From Octopus bimaculoides (lineage: Eukaryota), in the NCBI RefSeq assembly GCF_001194135.2, contig NC_068987.1, positions 60,448,354 to 60,512,353 of the forward strand: 64,000 bases of DNA. Reading direction: 5' to 3'. The position numbers and the translations under genes were made by a program. The notes under the pieces are model-generated. The model saw only the letters and a list, made by a program, of their open reading frames with translations, was not told the DNA's origin and made no database searches. This document shows, one piece after another, positions 50,988 through 64,000 of the stretch; within the stretch, counting starts at the first letter, position 1, and each line of letters opens with the position of its first letter.

Positions 50988-51016
50988 ATGTATGTATGTA
51001 TGTATGCATGTATGCA

Positions 51017-51189
51017 CAGGGGATCAATTCCATGGGCAAAGAATAGCTATAAGGGGGATCGAGTTGAGCAGATATGGAGGCAATTATGCAGATAAATTAG
51101 ATATATTTAATGTCTGAATAAATGTTTCTGTATCTGCTCAGCTTCATCCCTTTTATAGCCATTCTTTATAACATGGAATTGGTCCCTTG
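51017..51189. mobile_element. Tc1/mariner-type MITE with ~67-bp imperfect TIRs
   Basis: CAGGGGATCAATTCCATG..GCTATAAGGGGGAT..GAGCAGATA is mirrored by TATCTGCTCAG..ATCCCTTTTATAGC..CATGGAATTGGTCCCTTG-TA. Confidence 0.7.
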
Positions 51190-53803
51190 TAAAAACATCA
51201 GTGACTAAGTTTGAATTATTTGAGCTCTATTATGTTTGTATGTATGTATGTGGGTAAGTATATATGTATGTGTGTGTATATATATGTATGCAGTATATGT
51301 GTGTACTTGTGTGCACCTGTATATGCTGGTGTCTGTGTATGTATGTGTGTGCATGCATGTGTGTGTGTGTATGCATGTGTGTGCGCTTCTTTGCCTTGGG
51401 ATCATGTGATAATTTTAAGTAATGTCTTACCGTCAAACAAGCAGTGTCATTCATTTCCAATCTTCTATAAAAACCTGTCCCATCATCTGGAAATATTACC
51501 TTACTCAGAAATAAATGAGGATGGGCAACAGGAAGGGCATCTGCCTCGATGAATTTCATCTGACCCATGCAAGCACAGAAAAGCAAACATTAAAACAATG
51601 AAAATGATGATGATGATGATGATGATGATGACGACGATGACAACGACGATGAGCGATGATGATGACGATGACAATGACATGAATGATGATGATTATGTTG
51701 AGGATGATGATGGTGAAGAGGAAGGGGTAATTCAAATGGACATAACCAAATAACCTCCCATTTCTACTTAAACATCATCCCAATAATCTAATTTCTTCTT
51801 TTGAAAACCATTCCCTGTCATACAGGGTACCAATTATTCCATACCTGCTATTTCTCATTTTTTCAGATGGTTATTGTAGAATGCTACATGTGAAAGAGAT
51901 TGTTTGTCCCACATTTAGCCCTCCTCCCATTTCTTAGCAACAAGGGATGCCATGAATGATTGTGCCACATTGTAGTGTAGCTGATTCTAAGAGAGAGACA
52001 GACAGACAGACAGGGACAGAAAGACAGACAAGCAGGCAGGCAGGCAGACAGGCAGGCAAGCAGGCAAGCAGAAACAGAGAGAGAAGAATCATCTCCATTA
52101 ATTGACTGGTATTATATATATTAACTCCAGAGGGATGAATAGTAAAGTTGACCATTGCAAGATTTGAACATACAACACAAAAAGCCAAACCAATTAGTCC
52201 AAGACATTTGTTAGACACTCTAATGGTTCTAAGAACTAACTGTTTTCACCCCAATTAAGCAAAATAAATAATAATTAAAAACAGTTTCAAAAATGATTTT
52301 GTAATTTAAAATGTTGGCAGGAGCTGTCAATTTCTGAAATTGTAAATTTCCATTAAATTCATTCTATTTTTCCCTTTTGTTTATTTGTTTGTTTCCGTTT
52401 TGTTTTTGCTTTTGTGTTTTGTTTTGTTTTTCTTAGTCTTTAGTACAAATTATGTTTGGGGTTAATTTTTGTTTCTCATTACACAGAAAGCTATAAAATA
52501 AATACTTAGCATCTAGGATTAATTATATCAGCTATATTATTTACTTATCAAGATTTACATGGGCAAAAATGTGTTTGAAATGAGAGCAATGCTTCTAAGT
52601 TCATTAATGCAATGAAAAAAATTTTTTTTAAATGCATACATATCTTCATGTGTGTCTGTGTATGTGCAGAGCAACACACATAAACACACACACACACACA
52701 CACAACATGCACAACACATAACCAAGTTATTAGAATACTGGTCAACCAGCCAAAAGTGGAGCAGTTCATATCCCCTAATTGCCATTGTATCTATGGCAAG
52801 GTGCTAATTTATACTCCCTGTGGTCATATCCACCTAACTCATAGCAGATATGTCTATATATTATAGTTTACTGATGTAGCAACAACTGGACTGTAAAACT
52901 AAATTCTGTAAAAAAAAAGAAACCTTTCAGAAGATGAAGACTTAAGTACTGAGCTAACAATACAACTTTACAAATCACAAAATGTCTCAGAGACCTAACA
53001 GCATAGAACTGATATTAGGGCCACATTTAGAAATCACAATAGTTGAATACAGAGAACAGGTAAAACAATGCTTTTACTACAGTAGAATAATGCATTCTTG
53101 GAAGAATCAAGTATTAATGAAAAGAGGATTGTGGATTACTGTTTGATCAGCTAAGCCTCGAAGCTGTTCTTTGATCAATATCTACAAGTGAATTTGGACC
53201 ACATCTCACAGAAACAAGAGTTTGAACTGAGTAAAAAATTAAAGGCCTTGACGTTTGTGCACATTCTTATGCTTGAATGCCGAAGCTTTTGTAGTAGCAC
53301 AGATACCTGACATAGAGCTTAATACAAAATTTAAAGTAGATCTATGTATTTCATATCATAAAATGTTACATTTACATGTAAGTTTTACTATATGTGACCC
53401 CTCTGACCGTTAAACAAGCTATAAAACATATGTGTCACATGTTACAAAATGATATATTGAAGCCATTATTAGGTCAACTCTTATACACAAACACAAACAC
53501 ACACACACACACAAATACACACACATTACATAGGCCATATAAAAATCTACCAAAATTATATTTTACCTGATCTCTGTAAGCATGGAAAAATGGACAATAA
53601 AATGCTACTGCTATTGCCGATGTGTGTGTGTGTAAATGAAGGGTGTAGGTGTGGGTGTAATTAACTCCATAGGGATAATTTTTTTTCTTCGTTTATATGA
53701 AAAATCTTATTGTTTATGTAACAGGTTGTTGCTTTTTAGCCTAAGGTTTGTCTTAATTGAGAAGTCTTATGATCTGGAATTCAAGTAATGATTCAGATCA
53801 TAT

Positions 53804-54212
53804 TACTCTCTTTACTCTTTACTCTTTTACTTGTTTCAGTCATTTGACTGCGGCCATGCTGGAGCACCGCCTTTAGTCGAGCAAATCGACCCCAGGACTT
53901 ATTCTTTGTAAGCCTAGTACTTATTCTATCGGTCTCTTTTTGACGAACCGCTAAGTTACGGGAACACACCACCATCGGTTGTCAAGCGATGTTGTGGGGA
54001 CAAACACAGACACAAACATACACCCACACATACATATATATATACATATACGACGGGCTTCTTTCAATTTCCATCTACCAAATCCACTCACTAGGCTTTG
54101 GTCGGCCCAAGGCTATAGTAGAAGACACTTGCCCAAGGTGCCACGCAGTGGGAATGAACCCAGAACCAAGTGGTTGGTAAGCAAGCTACTTACCACACAG
54201 CCACTCCTACGC
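53804..54212 (-). mobile_element. Family C SINE, young full-length copy
   Basis: Near-identical to 57354-57763. Confidence 0.9.
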
Positions 54213-54800
54213 TTATTACTTAATCTTTTTTTAAGAATAGTTTATCAAAGCCTACATTGTTCTGGTTAGATATGTCTCCTATTCTTATAACAACAGGGTG
54301 TGTTCTAAGAAAAATTCAGCTGCTATTTCTAGCAGGTCATTCAAGGACATTGAGTCCCTCTTTGCTGTCTCCTGCAATGGTTATGTAGCAGAACAAAGCT
54401 GCCTAAGTATCATCGATCTGGCAGCACTCAGAGTGTCATATTTCATGTTTCACATCATAAAGCAAGATTGACTTACAAATTACCGACTGACATTTCACTA
54501 TTTATTTAACCCCATGTTGGCTCTGATTGACCAAACCTGGGAGCAAAACATTTTTTGCTTTTCTAGAGAGTACGTATAAAACCTACATTATTCAATATAG
54601 TTTCTCTGTGCCTTAAGCACTAGGTTCTAATTTTTGGAAGATTTAGCTGTTATTAACTGACAATTTTAGATTCCTTGTTAGCTGGATACTATTCTTCATA
54701 TTTTATCCAATACACCATTACATGTGTCACATTTGTCATTCATATATGAGAAAAAAATCTGCTTATTTGAATGGTAATGTTGTTGTTGTTGCTGCTACTG

Positions 54801-54831
<31 letters not shown>

Positions 54832-55473
54832 TCATCCTAGAATAAGGACTATGATCAAATGACTTCCAATCATGACATTAATACCATATTAACTGTGATA
54901 GACTTTGAATTCTTAATAACCACCGAGATCCTAAATGCAAGATAAATGAGGAAATTATGCCAATATCAAATTTGATAGATTTAGAATATATGATATCACC
55001 ATCAGCAACATGTTAATGCTAATTTTTCTATGCTTGCATGGATCAGATGAAACTTATTGAGGCAGATTTTCTATGGTCGGATGTTCTTTTTAGCTCAGAC
55101 CCTTATCTATTTCTAAGTTATCTAATATTTCTCCAGAACCAGACGGGACCTTGATGACTGCTATTAAGCAGGAAACTATACTAGTCCTTGTATATATTTA
55201 ATACTCAATATTTCATATATTCAATAAGACATTCAATACTTCATTTCATTTTACTATTTATATTATATATTCCATATTCTATATCCCACATTAATTTTAT
55301 AAGAATATAAATAAAACATAAAAAACAGACAGAGTTGGAACTCTTTTAAATACTATATTCCTCTATACACTCTCGTACAAACCCCTTTTTCATTTTATAT
55401 ATATATATATATATATTTATATGCTTACTTATATATATGAATATATACATAAATATATATATATATTATATGC

Positions 55474-55530
<57 letters not shown>

Positions 55531-57353
55531 GAACAGTCTCCTTTCTATCTGGTAAATACTATTGTATGTTTTTGTTTAGATGTTTCACTCAACGTCAAAG
55601 AAAAGAACACTTGCCTGAGGAACTGCACAGTGGGACTGAACCTGAAACCACATAATTGTGAAACAAACATCCTTAATCGCATAGCCATGTCTGCACTATA
55701 CTTTATTAAATGTATGTGAGTGTATGTGTTTGTGTCTACATGTGTGTGTGATCGTGTGTATTTTCAGGTCATGTGGTTTTGCTATATGAATGTAATGAGA
55801 GTTTTGCCACTGAGGGAGTAAATTTCTGATGTATAATGTATTGATAATGGTCAGAGGAAGTCACTCTAAAACCTTTTATCTTTTCATTGTACTTTCAAGG
55901 AAGGAGTGAAGACCTTTTAGTTGAAATATAGATTTAATTTTCATAAACATATTTTTAAATGTATTACAAATATTTATTCATTTGCAACTAATGTTTCACT
56001 CTATTGTTTCTCAGATTTTCCTTATCTGGACAGTTGTTCAAGTGAAATAAAATAAAAGTTTAAAATAGTATTAGGAAAAAGTGTTGCATATGTCTATGCT
56101 GTTGATTATCTCCAGTCATACGGTACTAATGTGGTCAGCGGATTTGATAGAACTCTAGATAGAGGGAAATAACTGCCAATTAACTTGAGGCTTTAGTTGC
56201 TTGACTTTACTTGGAAGATCATTATGTATATTTATTTTAAGAAGAGCTGTTCACATCCTTTAATTTGACAAAAAAAAACTTATCTTGCTTGGATTTCAAA
56301 TGGGTCTAGCAAAGAGATATATTTGGGAAATGAAAGACTGAATTTTCTTCTGTTTCTTTTTTACTTTGACTTAAAATATTGGTTAGTGTCATAAGCATTT
56401 TTTTGGCAATACATAAATTGCATCTATTTTCCCCATCATTACATAGCATAACTTTCTCAACATTGTTCTCTTTTATAGTAATATCACTAACTCCTCTGTC
56501 TTCAAGTTTCCATATATATATATATATATTGGGGTAATGATGTATGAATGAATAAGCTATGTATATTGGGATTTGAAGATGTTTTCTATCAGCCCTACGT
56601 ATTCCATTTTAAAATCATGTTTTTTTTTTGTTTTTGTTTTTTTACATCAGCTATCTACATGAACACCTTTGATAGACATTTTCCATTGGAAGGATAGCTT
56701 AATGTGTTTTCACAGTTGCATTCACTATTGGGGAAAATTGATGTTTTTGTGGTTTTTATTATAGTGGAAACCAGATTTTATGGAGTTCCCATTAAATATA
56801 TTGTGGCATTTGCGTGTAATAGAGAAACATACGTTTATCAATGATAGGAAGTTTCATGCTATATTTGTAATTATAGTTATGATATATTGGAGGCTATACC
56901 AGATTATCTTCATATTTCTGTAGTTAATGATTTTGTATAAGCTGTTCATTGTTCTTAAGTTTATCTTTGAATCCATATTGTATTAAGCTATATTATAGGA
57001 AAACAATTTATTGAATATTTTCTTATCTCATAAGTTTCATATTTGTCTGCTAATGTTATCTGTCATCCATAAAATGAGCAATGATAAGGTTAGAATATTT
57101 TTTATTAACATATTAGAATAGATTGATCTAAAAATTAAAATAAAAGCAAACTTCAAAACAAACTTTAAAACATACATATTTTCATTACCAAAAACCAAAT
57201 GAATACACTAATAAGAATTAAACATTATAACACATATCACAAATAACTTTAATAGACAAACATCAAATATATTATTAGATAAGAAGTATTCAATAAGGAC
57301 ATCATCCACCTTTCCATAATATTGGTTATGTGCATGGAAGTTTGTGTGTTATA

Positions 57354-57561
57354 TACTCTTTTACTCTTTTACTTGTTTCAGTCATTTGACTGCGGCCATG
57401 CTGGAGCACTGCCTTTGTAGTCGAGAAATTCGACCCCAGGACTTATTCTTTGTAAGCCTAGTACTTATTCTATCGGTCTCTTTTTGACGAACCGCTAAGT
57501 TACGGGGGACGTAAACACACCAGCATCGGTTGTCAAGCAATGGTAGGGGGGACAAACACAG

Positions 57562-57592
<31 letters not shown>

Positions 57593-57763
57593 CATATATG
57601 CGACAGGCTTCTTTCAGTTTCCGTCTACCAAATCCACTCACAGGCTTTGGTCGGCCCGAGGCTATAGTAGAAGACACTTGCCCAAGGTGTCACGCAGTGG
57701 GACTGAACCCGGAACCATGTGGTTGGTAAGCAAGCTACTTACCACACAGCCACTCCTGCACCT
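57354..57763 (-). mobile_element. Family C SINE, young full-length copy
   Basis: Complete head and tail with CpGs retained. Confidence 0.9.
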
Positions 57764-57974
57764 ATATGTATTTTTATATAAACGTTGTGTGTGTGGGGGT
57801 GGGTGATGCACTGCTTCTGTACAAAGTGTGATATTACCTGGTGGTAATAACATGGATATTGAATACATAGCTTGATGTGTGAAGGTTGGCAAGAAATTAA
57901 GTAGGTGTGCATAATATTAGTGAGCATGATGGACAGCACAAATGCTTAAGAGAACAAACAATTATGTATAAAAT

Positions 57975-58215
57975 GAATTTGAAGTAGTGCCCATTGGAGG
58001 ATGATAAATGGGGTAAAAGAAGTGCCAAGCAATCCAAGTGGGAGGAAGCTGCAAAGAATGAAGACCAAGAAACACATGATAGAAGTAATGAGAGCTGATT
58101 TCTAGAGGCTTAACTACACAATGGAGATGACAAAGGACTGGCGAGAAATTGTGTTGAATAAGACCCATCCACTACTTATAAGAATGGGAAAATTAACATA
58201 AAGTGTTGTTGATGG
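57975..58215 (+). mobile_element. RTE-clade LINE 3' end (decayed)
   Basis: EDDKWGKRS/KCQAIQVGGSC..RPRNT..EVMRAD..EMTKDWREIVLNKT resembles the RTE C-terminus, followed by a (GAT)-like tail. Confidence 0.55.
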
Positions 58216-58712
58216 TGATGATAACATGTATTATGTGTGTATGTATTATATATATATATATATATNNNNNNNNNNNNNNNNNNNNNNNNNNNNNNNNNNN
58301 NNNNNNNNNNNNNNNNNNNNNNNNNNNNNNNNNNNNNNNNNNNNNNNNNNNNNNNNNNNNNNNNNNNNNNNNNNNNNNNNNNNNNNNNNNNNNNNNNNNN
58401 NNNNNNNNNNNNNNNNNNNNNNNNNNNNNNNNNNNNNNNNNNNNNNNNNNNNNNNNNNNNNNNNNNNNNNNNNNNNNNNNNNNNNNNNNNNNNNNNNNNN
58501 NNNNNNNNNNNNNNNNNNNNNNNNNNNNNNNNNNNNNNNNNNNNNNNNNNNNNNNNNNNNNNNNNNNNNNNNNNNNNNNNNNNNNNNNNNNNNNNNNNNN
58601 NNNNNNNNNNNNNNNNNNNNNNNNNNNNNNNNNNNNNNNNNNNNNNNNNNNNNNNNNNNNNNNNNNNNNNNNNNNNNNNNNNNNNNNNNNNNNNNNNNNN
58701 NNNNNNNNNNNN

Positions 58713-58803
<91 letters not shown>
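58713..58803. repeat. (CT)n microsatellite; (TG)n also at 60958-61050
   Basis: Read directly. Confidence 0.95.
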
Positions 58804-58805
<2 letters not shown>

Positions 58806-58977
58806 ACCCTGTTTCTCTGACATCAACACTAATTCAGCCAACACTGCATTATACACACACACTCACAACCACAAATATATGATACACAAACACACACACG
58901 TGTGTATGTGTGTGTCAATATATATGCATATATACATATATATATACTTATATATAATGCACTTTCTCTCTCTCTTT

Positions 58978-59056
<79 letters not shown>

Positions 59057-59921
59057 CACACACATATACGTGACTGGTTAAATATATACATATATGTATA
59101 TTTATGTATTTGGTTATTCTTCCAGGATCGTAAACAATTCAGAGAAAGCGATATTGTCAACAGGTTTGCTACTAAATTATTATTATCAGTAATGCTACCA
59201 GACTTCATGTCTTCAGCCAACATAGTTTAGCATCAATCATTGTTGTCAGAAATCTTTGTTATCAGCTTCAAGCCATTCCACTCTTTTGTAGACAAACAAC
59301 CCAGAGATCTTACTCTGCATCAACCACCATAGACTGAGCAGAATAACTTCAACAAGGAAACAAACAAAAGGTTGTTATAGATAGGTTATTATTTAATCAA
59401 TTTAGTTTTTCTAAACATATCTAGATAGCGATGCAATGAGTAATGTTTTTTGCCTTTCGTTTCAATGTTCTATTTACTTCATGCAAACACAATATATAGA
59501 CTTAATTGCTTGATATATTCTTAACTAGAAATATCCACCAATAAGTAATTAGAGCCATTGATTCAGAGCATTTGAACTCAGCAATACAAGTTCACAAAGC
59601 ACTCATGAATTTTACAGTGCCCCCACCTAACCTTTTTATTTAGAGACCAACTCACTTAAATTATATTGTGAACATGTATAATAAATGGTAATAGAAGCAA
59701 CATATTCTTTCTTCTGAATAATTTACAGATCTTGTGTCTAATTAAATAGTCAATTATTTTGAAGTAATGCTAATTAGTATGGAGATCCGTCTCTCCTTAT
59801 GGTGTCAATTTGATAGACATTTCTCTACCCACTCAGTAGCAGCAAATAATAAACTGCTATCATATCAGCTTATCTAAAACCAAATCCAATAAAAGACAAT
59901 AATTATAAATTTTGTTTCCAG

Positions 59922-60011
59922 ATGGGTTTCCTTTTACAAGCAGAATCTCCATTATTAAGGATATATGTGTCTGTGGTACACTCATTTCTTTACACATCAA
60001 TTCAGGAGCAG
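59922..60011 (+). CDS. Candidate 90-nt symmetric exon, open in two frames
   Basis: Acceptor tttgtttccAG and donor CAG|GTAAAT. Reads (D)GFPFTSRISIIKDICVCGTLISLHINSGA or MGFLLQAESPLLRIYVSVVHSFLYTSIQEQ. Confidence 0.25.
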
Positions 60012-60026
60012 GTAAATAGTTTATTA

Positions 60027-60913
60027 CAAGGGGGTACCCAAAAGTAACCAGAAACGTTTTCTGTAGTTCAGGCTTCTGCTACTAGAAGTCACCTGATGCG
60101 ACCCTCAGGCATCAGTGTGCTGACTGGCATTGTCCAGTGAGGTCATACTGCCACGCGCTGCGTCTTTGTTTTGCATTGCTTCTCCCATGTTTGTTGATTT
60201 TTGCTATGGCTGAAACAAAGGAACAGCATTGCTTCCATGAAATTCTGTTTTCTACGGGGGAAAACAGCAGCTGAAACATTTCTCGTGATTCAAACAGCTT
60301 ACAGGGCCACTGCCATGAGCAAAACATAAGTTTACAAGTGGTTTTCATGCTTTAGGAATGGTCACTTATCGCTTGAGGGTCAACCTCATTCAGGGCAACT
60401 GTCCACCTCTCAAAAGAATGACATCATGAAAATTCCTAAACTGATCTTGGAAGACTGTCACCAAACAATTGATGAACTTGTTGATATGACTGGTGTATCC
60501 TGGAGCTCATGTCAATGAATTTTGAGTGAGGAATTGCAAATGAAAAGAGTTGCAGCAAAACTTGTGCCTTGCTTGCTCATTGAAAATCAAAAGCAGTCAC
60601 GACCGAATGCGTGCTGTGAAGTGAAAGAATAGTTGGAAGTTGATCCTGACCTTTTTTCAAAGGTCATCACTGGTGATGAAAACTGCTGCTACAGAATCTG
60701 CAGATGTGAAAGAGGGGAAGAAAAAACAATGGAGGTGTTAAAAGGCATCACTTTGCAAGAGTTCTAAGACTGCTTCCAACAGTGGAAAACACATCTGAAC
60801 TGATGCATTGCTTCAAATGGAGAATACATTGAAGGCGATAAGAGTGTAAACATGTAAAATTAGGTGAAAGAAATAATATTGCAAAATTCTGGTTTCTTTT
60901 GGGTACCCCCTTG
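60027..60913 (+). mobile_element. Internally deleted mariner (irritans-like), both 27-bp TIRs and TA TSDs intact; decayed transposase 60206-60857
   Basis: TA-CAAGGGGGTACCCAAAAGTAACCAGAA ... TTCTGGTTTCTTTTGGGTACCCCCTTG-TA (1 mismatch). MAETKEQ..VYKWFSCFRNG..MKRVAAKLVP..FSKVITGDE is joined to ..FQQWKTHLN*CIASNGEYIEGD. Confidence 0.93.
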
Positions 60914-60953
60914 TAAACAACTGAATATTGATCATCAAAGGATAGAGATCCAC

Positions 60954-61052
<99 letters not shown>

Positions 61053-61307
61053 TGTCTGTTTCTGTGTGTATGCATGTGTGTGTGTATACATATGTATGTA
61101 TGCACATGTATAAATGTGTGCATGTGTATTTATGTATTTATTTATTGGACAACATAACAGGCAAACTATTTGAAAGACATGAATCATCCATGTGACTTTG
61201 TAATTGTTTTTATAATTTGTTATAGAACAATCCAGGATAATATAATTATCACCAGTCATATAAATCCACAACACTCAGCCCTTGAATCACTCTGTGACTT
61301 CTGCAAT

Positions 61308-61357
<50 letters not shown>

Positions 61358-61469
61358 GGTTGAGTATACCACAGACACAGATCAATGTTGGCTTAGCTGG
61401 CTGTAACTTTGAAGACACTGTCAAAACTGTTTTTGTTAAAGAATAATAAATTTGTAACCATGGCCTATG

Positions 61470-61925
61470 CCAGTGCAGCATAACCAGCCCATTTAAGTGT
61501 ACCCTTCAATCATTAGGCAATAAACAGTGTTGCAAAGACCAGTGGCATGTAAAAAGCACCATTCGAGCATGGTTGATGCCAGTGCTAGCTGACTGGTCCC
61601 ATGAGGTGGCATGTTAAAAGTACCATTCGAGTGTGGTCATTGCCAGTGCCGCCTGACTGGCTCCCATGCCGGTGGCACATAAAAAGCACCATTCAAACAT
61701 GGTCAATGCCAGTACCGCCTGACTGGACCTTGTGCCGGTGGCCCGTAAAAAAGTACCCATTACACTCTTGGAGCGGTTGGCGTTTAGGAAGGGCATCCAG
61801 CTGTAGAAACTTTACCAGATCAGACTGGAGCAAGGTGCAGCCTTCTGGCTTGCCAGCCCACAGTCAAACCGTCCAACCCATGCCAGCATCGAAAGCAGAC
61901 GTTAAGCGACGATGATGATGATGAA
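61470..61925 (+). mobile_element. Family D retroposon with 3-4 internal ~60-bp tandem repeats
   Basis: Units 'tggcatgtaaaaagcaccattcgagcatggt..tgccagtgc..ctgactgg', then the family D tail. Confidence 0.85.
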
Positions 61926-62385
61926 GAACGTTATGCGTGTCTGTGTGTGTGTGTGTGTGAATGTATGTACATGTGTGTGTGTGTGTGTGTATGTGTGTGT
62001 GTTTGTATGAGTGTAAGCAATATGTATATATATCAGCAAGGAGAGTGGAGCGAGCAATTCATTTTATTACATAATTCTAGTCATCTCATTGAAATGTCAA
62101 TGCAACAGTTGCAAAGTTATGTAATAAAACAAGTTGCTCACTCCATTCTGCATGATAATATTCATATAAATTCTGCAGATATTTATGAATTTCCAGATAT
62201 CTCATCATATCCATTTCCTTTTTATATTCCTAGCTGACAGCCATACATGCATACATACATACATACATACATGAATGCATGCATAAACACACACATATAT
62301 ATGATATGTATATATATATATATATCTATCTATATAGACATATATATATATATATATATATATACATACATACACACACACATAC

Positions 62386-62445
<60 letters not shown>

Positions 62446-63646
62446 ATATATATAACATTGTTTCATCCTCATCCTTTTTAACATCCACTTTTCTATATTT
62501 GCAAGGGTTAGATGGAAATCCTGTTGTCAATCCTTACCTGTTTCCATGCAAGGTAATATTTCCCCATGACCAGAAATGAATGATATTGCATGTATGAAAG
62601 TGTTACAGTAATACTAGACACAGTCATACATATACACACACTCACACACCCGCACACACACACACACACACAGGTACACACACAAGATAAGCATCTTTCA
62701 GCTTCCATACAGTAAGTCTATTCACAAGGATTTAGTCAACCCAAGGTTACAGTAAAATACATTTGCCCAGTTGCCACACAGTGGGACTGAACCGAAAACC
62801 TTGTGATTGTAATGCAAACTTCTTAACCACACAGCAACACCTAACTATGTATAAATATATATATGTATATATACATACATATATATATATATATATATAA
62901 TTTACGACAACTTGATTCAGTTGCATGTGATTTAAAGTTTTGCAGGCCTCTGGCAGAAGCCTATCTCTTTCAGGCTATAGATTACTGGCTCATCCAGTAA
63001 TCTATAAGCCAGAAAGAAACAGGCTTCTGTTAGAGGCCTGCAAAGCTTTAAGTTACTTGGAACTGAATCAAATTGTTTAAAACAATACTTGTAACTCCTA
63101 CTAAATGTGTTGACTGTCCTTTTCTTTTGTTTGTCTACTCATTCGTGTGTGTATAGGTGCATGGCTTAGTGATTTGAGCATTGGGCTTGTGATTGTAAGA
63201 TTATGGTTTCAGTTCCTGAACTGGGTATTGCATTGTGTTCTTGAGCAAAAACACTGCATTTAATGCTGCTCAGTCCACTCAGCTGGCAAAAGTGAGTAAT
63301 CCTGTGATGGACTGGTGTCTCATCCAGGTGGGTAATATATATGCCATGGAAACTGAGAAACCAGCCTTCATGAGTTGGTATGACTCAATAAGGAAACATA
63401 GTTCAGTGGTTAGAGTGTCAGGCTCACAATCATGAGATAGTGAGTTCAATTCCCAAATCAGGGTGTAGGGTGTGTTCTTGAGCAAAGACATTTTATTTCA
63501 TGTTGCATCACTGGTGCCAAGTTGTATCAGCCTTTGCTTTTCCTTTGGATAGCATCGGTGGCATGAAGAGGGGAGGCTGGTATGCATAAGTGACTGTTGG
63601 TCTTCCACAAACAAATTCACCTGGACTTGGTCATTCACGATTGACC

Positions 63647-64000
63647 TTACCCGCTAGAGGGGAAGCAGATAAGGAAAGATTTGCCAATGTTCTGCGCCGT
63701 GAGGACCAAAGACACGAGGTATTTCGTGTTGCAAGACAGTGTAGGAGAGAGAATAGTGATGTCGTAGGAGACAAATGTGTTCGCATGGATGATGGTATGC
63801 TTGCACTAAATGAGGCTGCAAAGAAAAAGGTCTGGAGATGCCACTACGATAGATTGCTTAATAAAGAGAATGAATGGGAGAAAGAGAGCCTGCTATATGT
63901 CGACCCAACAGAGGGACCAGCTATCCGAGTTGATAGTACCAGGGTAGATAAAGCAATTAAGAGTATGAAGACAGGGAAAGCCCCCAGCCCATCAGGAATC
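63647..64000 (+). mobile_element. 5'-truncated RTE-clade LINE ORF2, open to the window edge
   Basis: ARGEADKERFANVLRREDQRHEVFRVARQ..DVVGDKCVR..WRCHYDRLLNKENEW..DKAIKSMKTGKAPSPSGI. The KAPGPxG-like motif precedes the RT domain. No stop in 63590-64000. Confidence 0.85.

Overview
This is AT-rich, microsatellite-dense eukaryotic genomic DNA with 10 assembly gaps, most of them at (TA)n tracts. The repeat content suggests a coleoid cephalopod, probably Octopus; that is my recognition, not a database hit. There is no intact multi-domain protein gene, tRNA or rRNA gene, or CRISPR array, and almost all ORF-track entries are microsatellite or N-run artefacts. The window reads as intronic sequence of a large gene, probably on the + strand. 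It is filled with several tRNA-derived SINE families, decayed LINE fragments (RTE, R4/Dong-like RLE, Tx1/L1), four mariner remnants, piggyBac- and Tc1-type MITEs, a hAT-Charlie-like end, a canonical non-autonomous Helitron and two Helentron-associated (HINE-like) elements. Four signals stand out. (1) A type I hammerhead ribozyme motif with all core nucleotides intact and a palindromic stem III lies in an inverted, Penelope/retrozyme-like duplication at 47.9-48.1 kb, with two further decayed copies. (2) A textbook zero-length-exon (recursive splice, AG|GT) site lies at 48659/48660. (3) A few small candidate exons splice into one open basic peptide. (4) A near-perfect 169-bp palindrome lies at 39.3 kb. 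Repeat boundaries were read by eye and are approximate unless termini or TSDs are stated.
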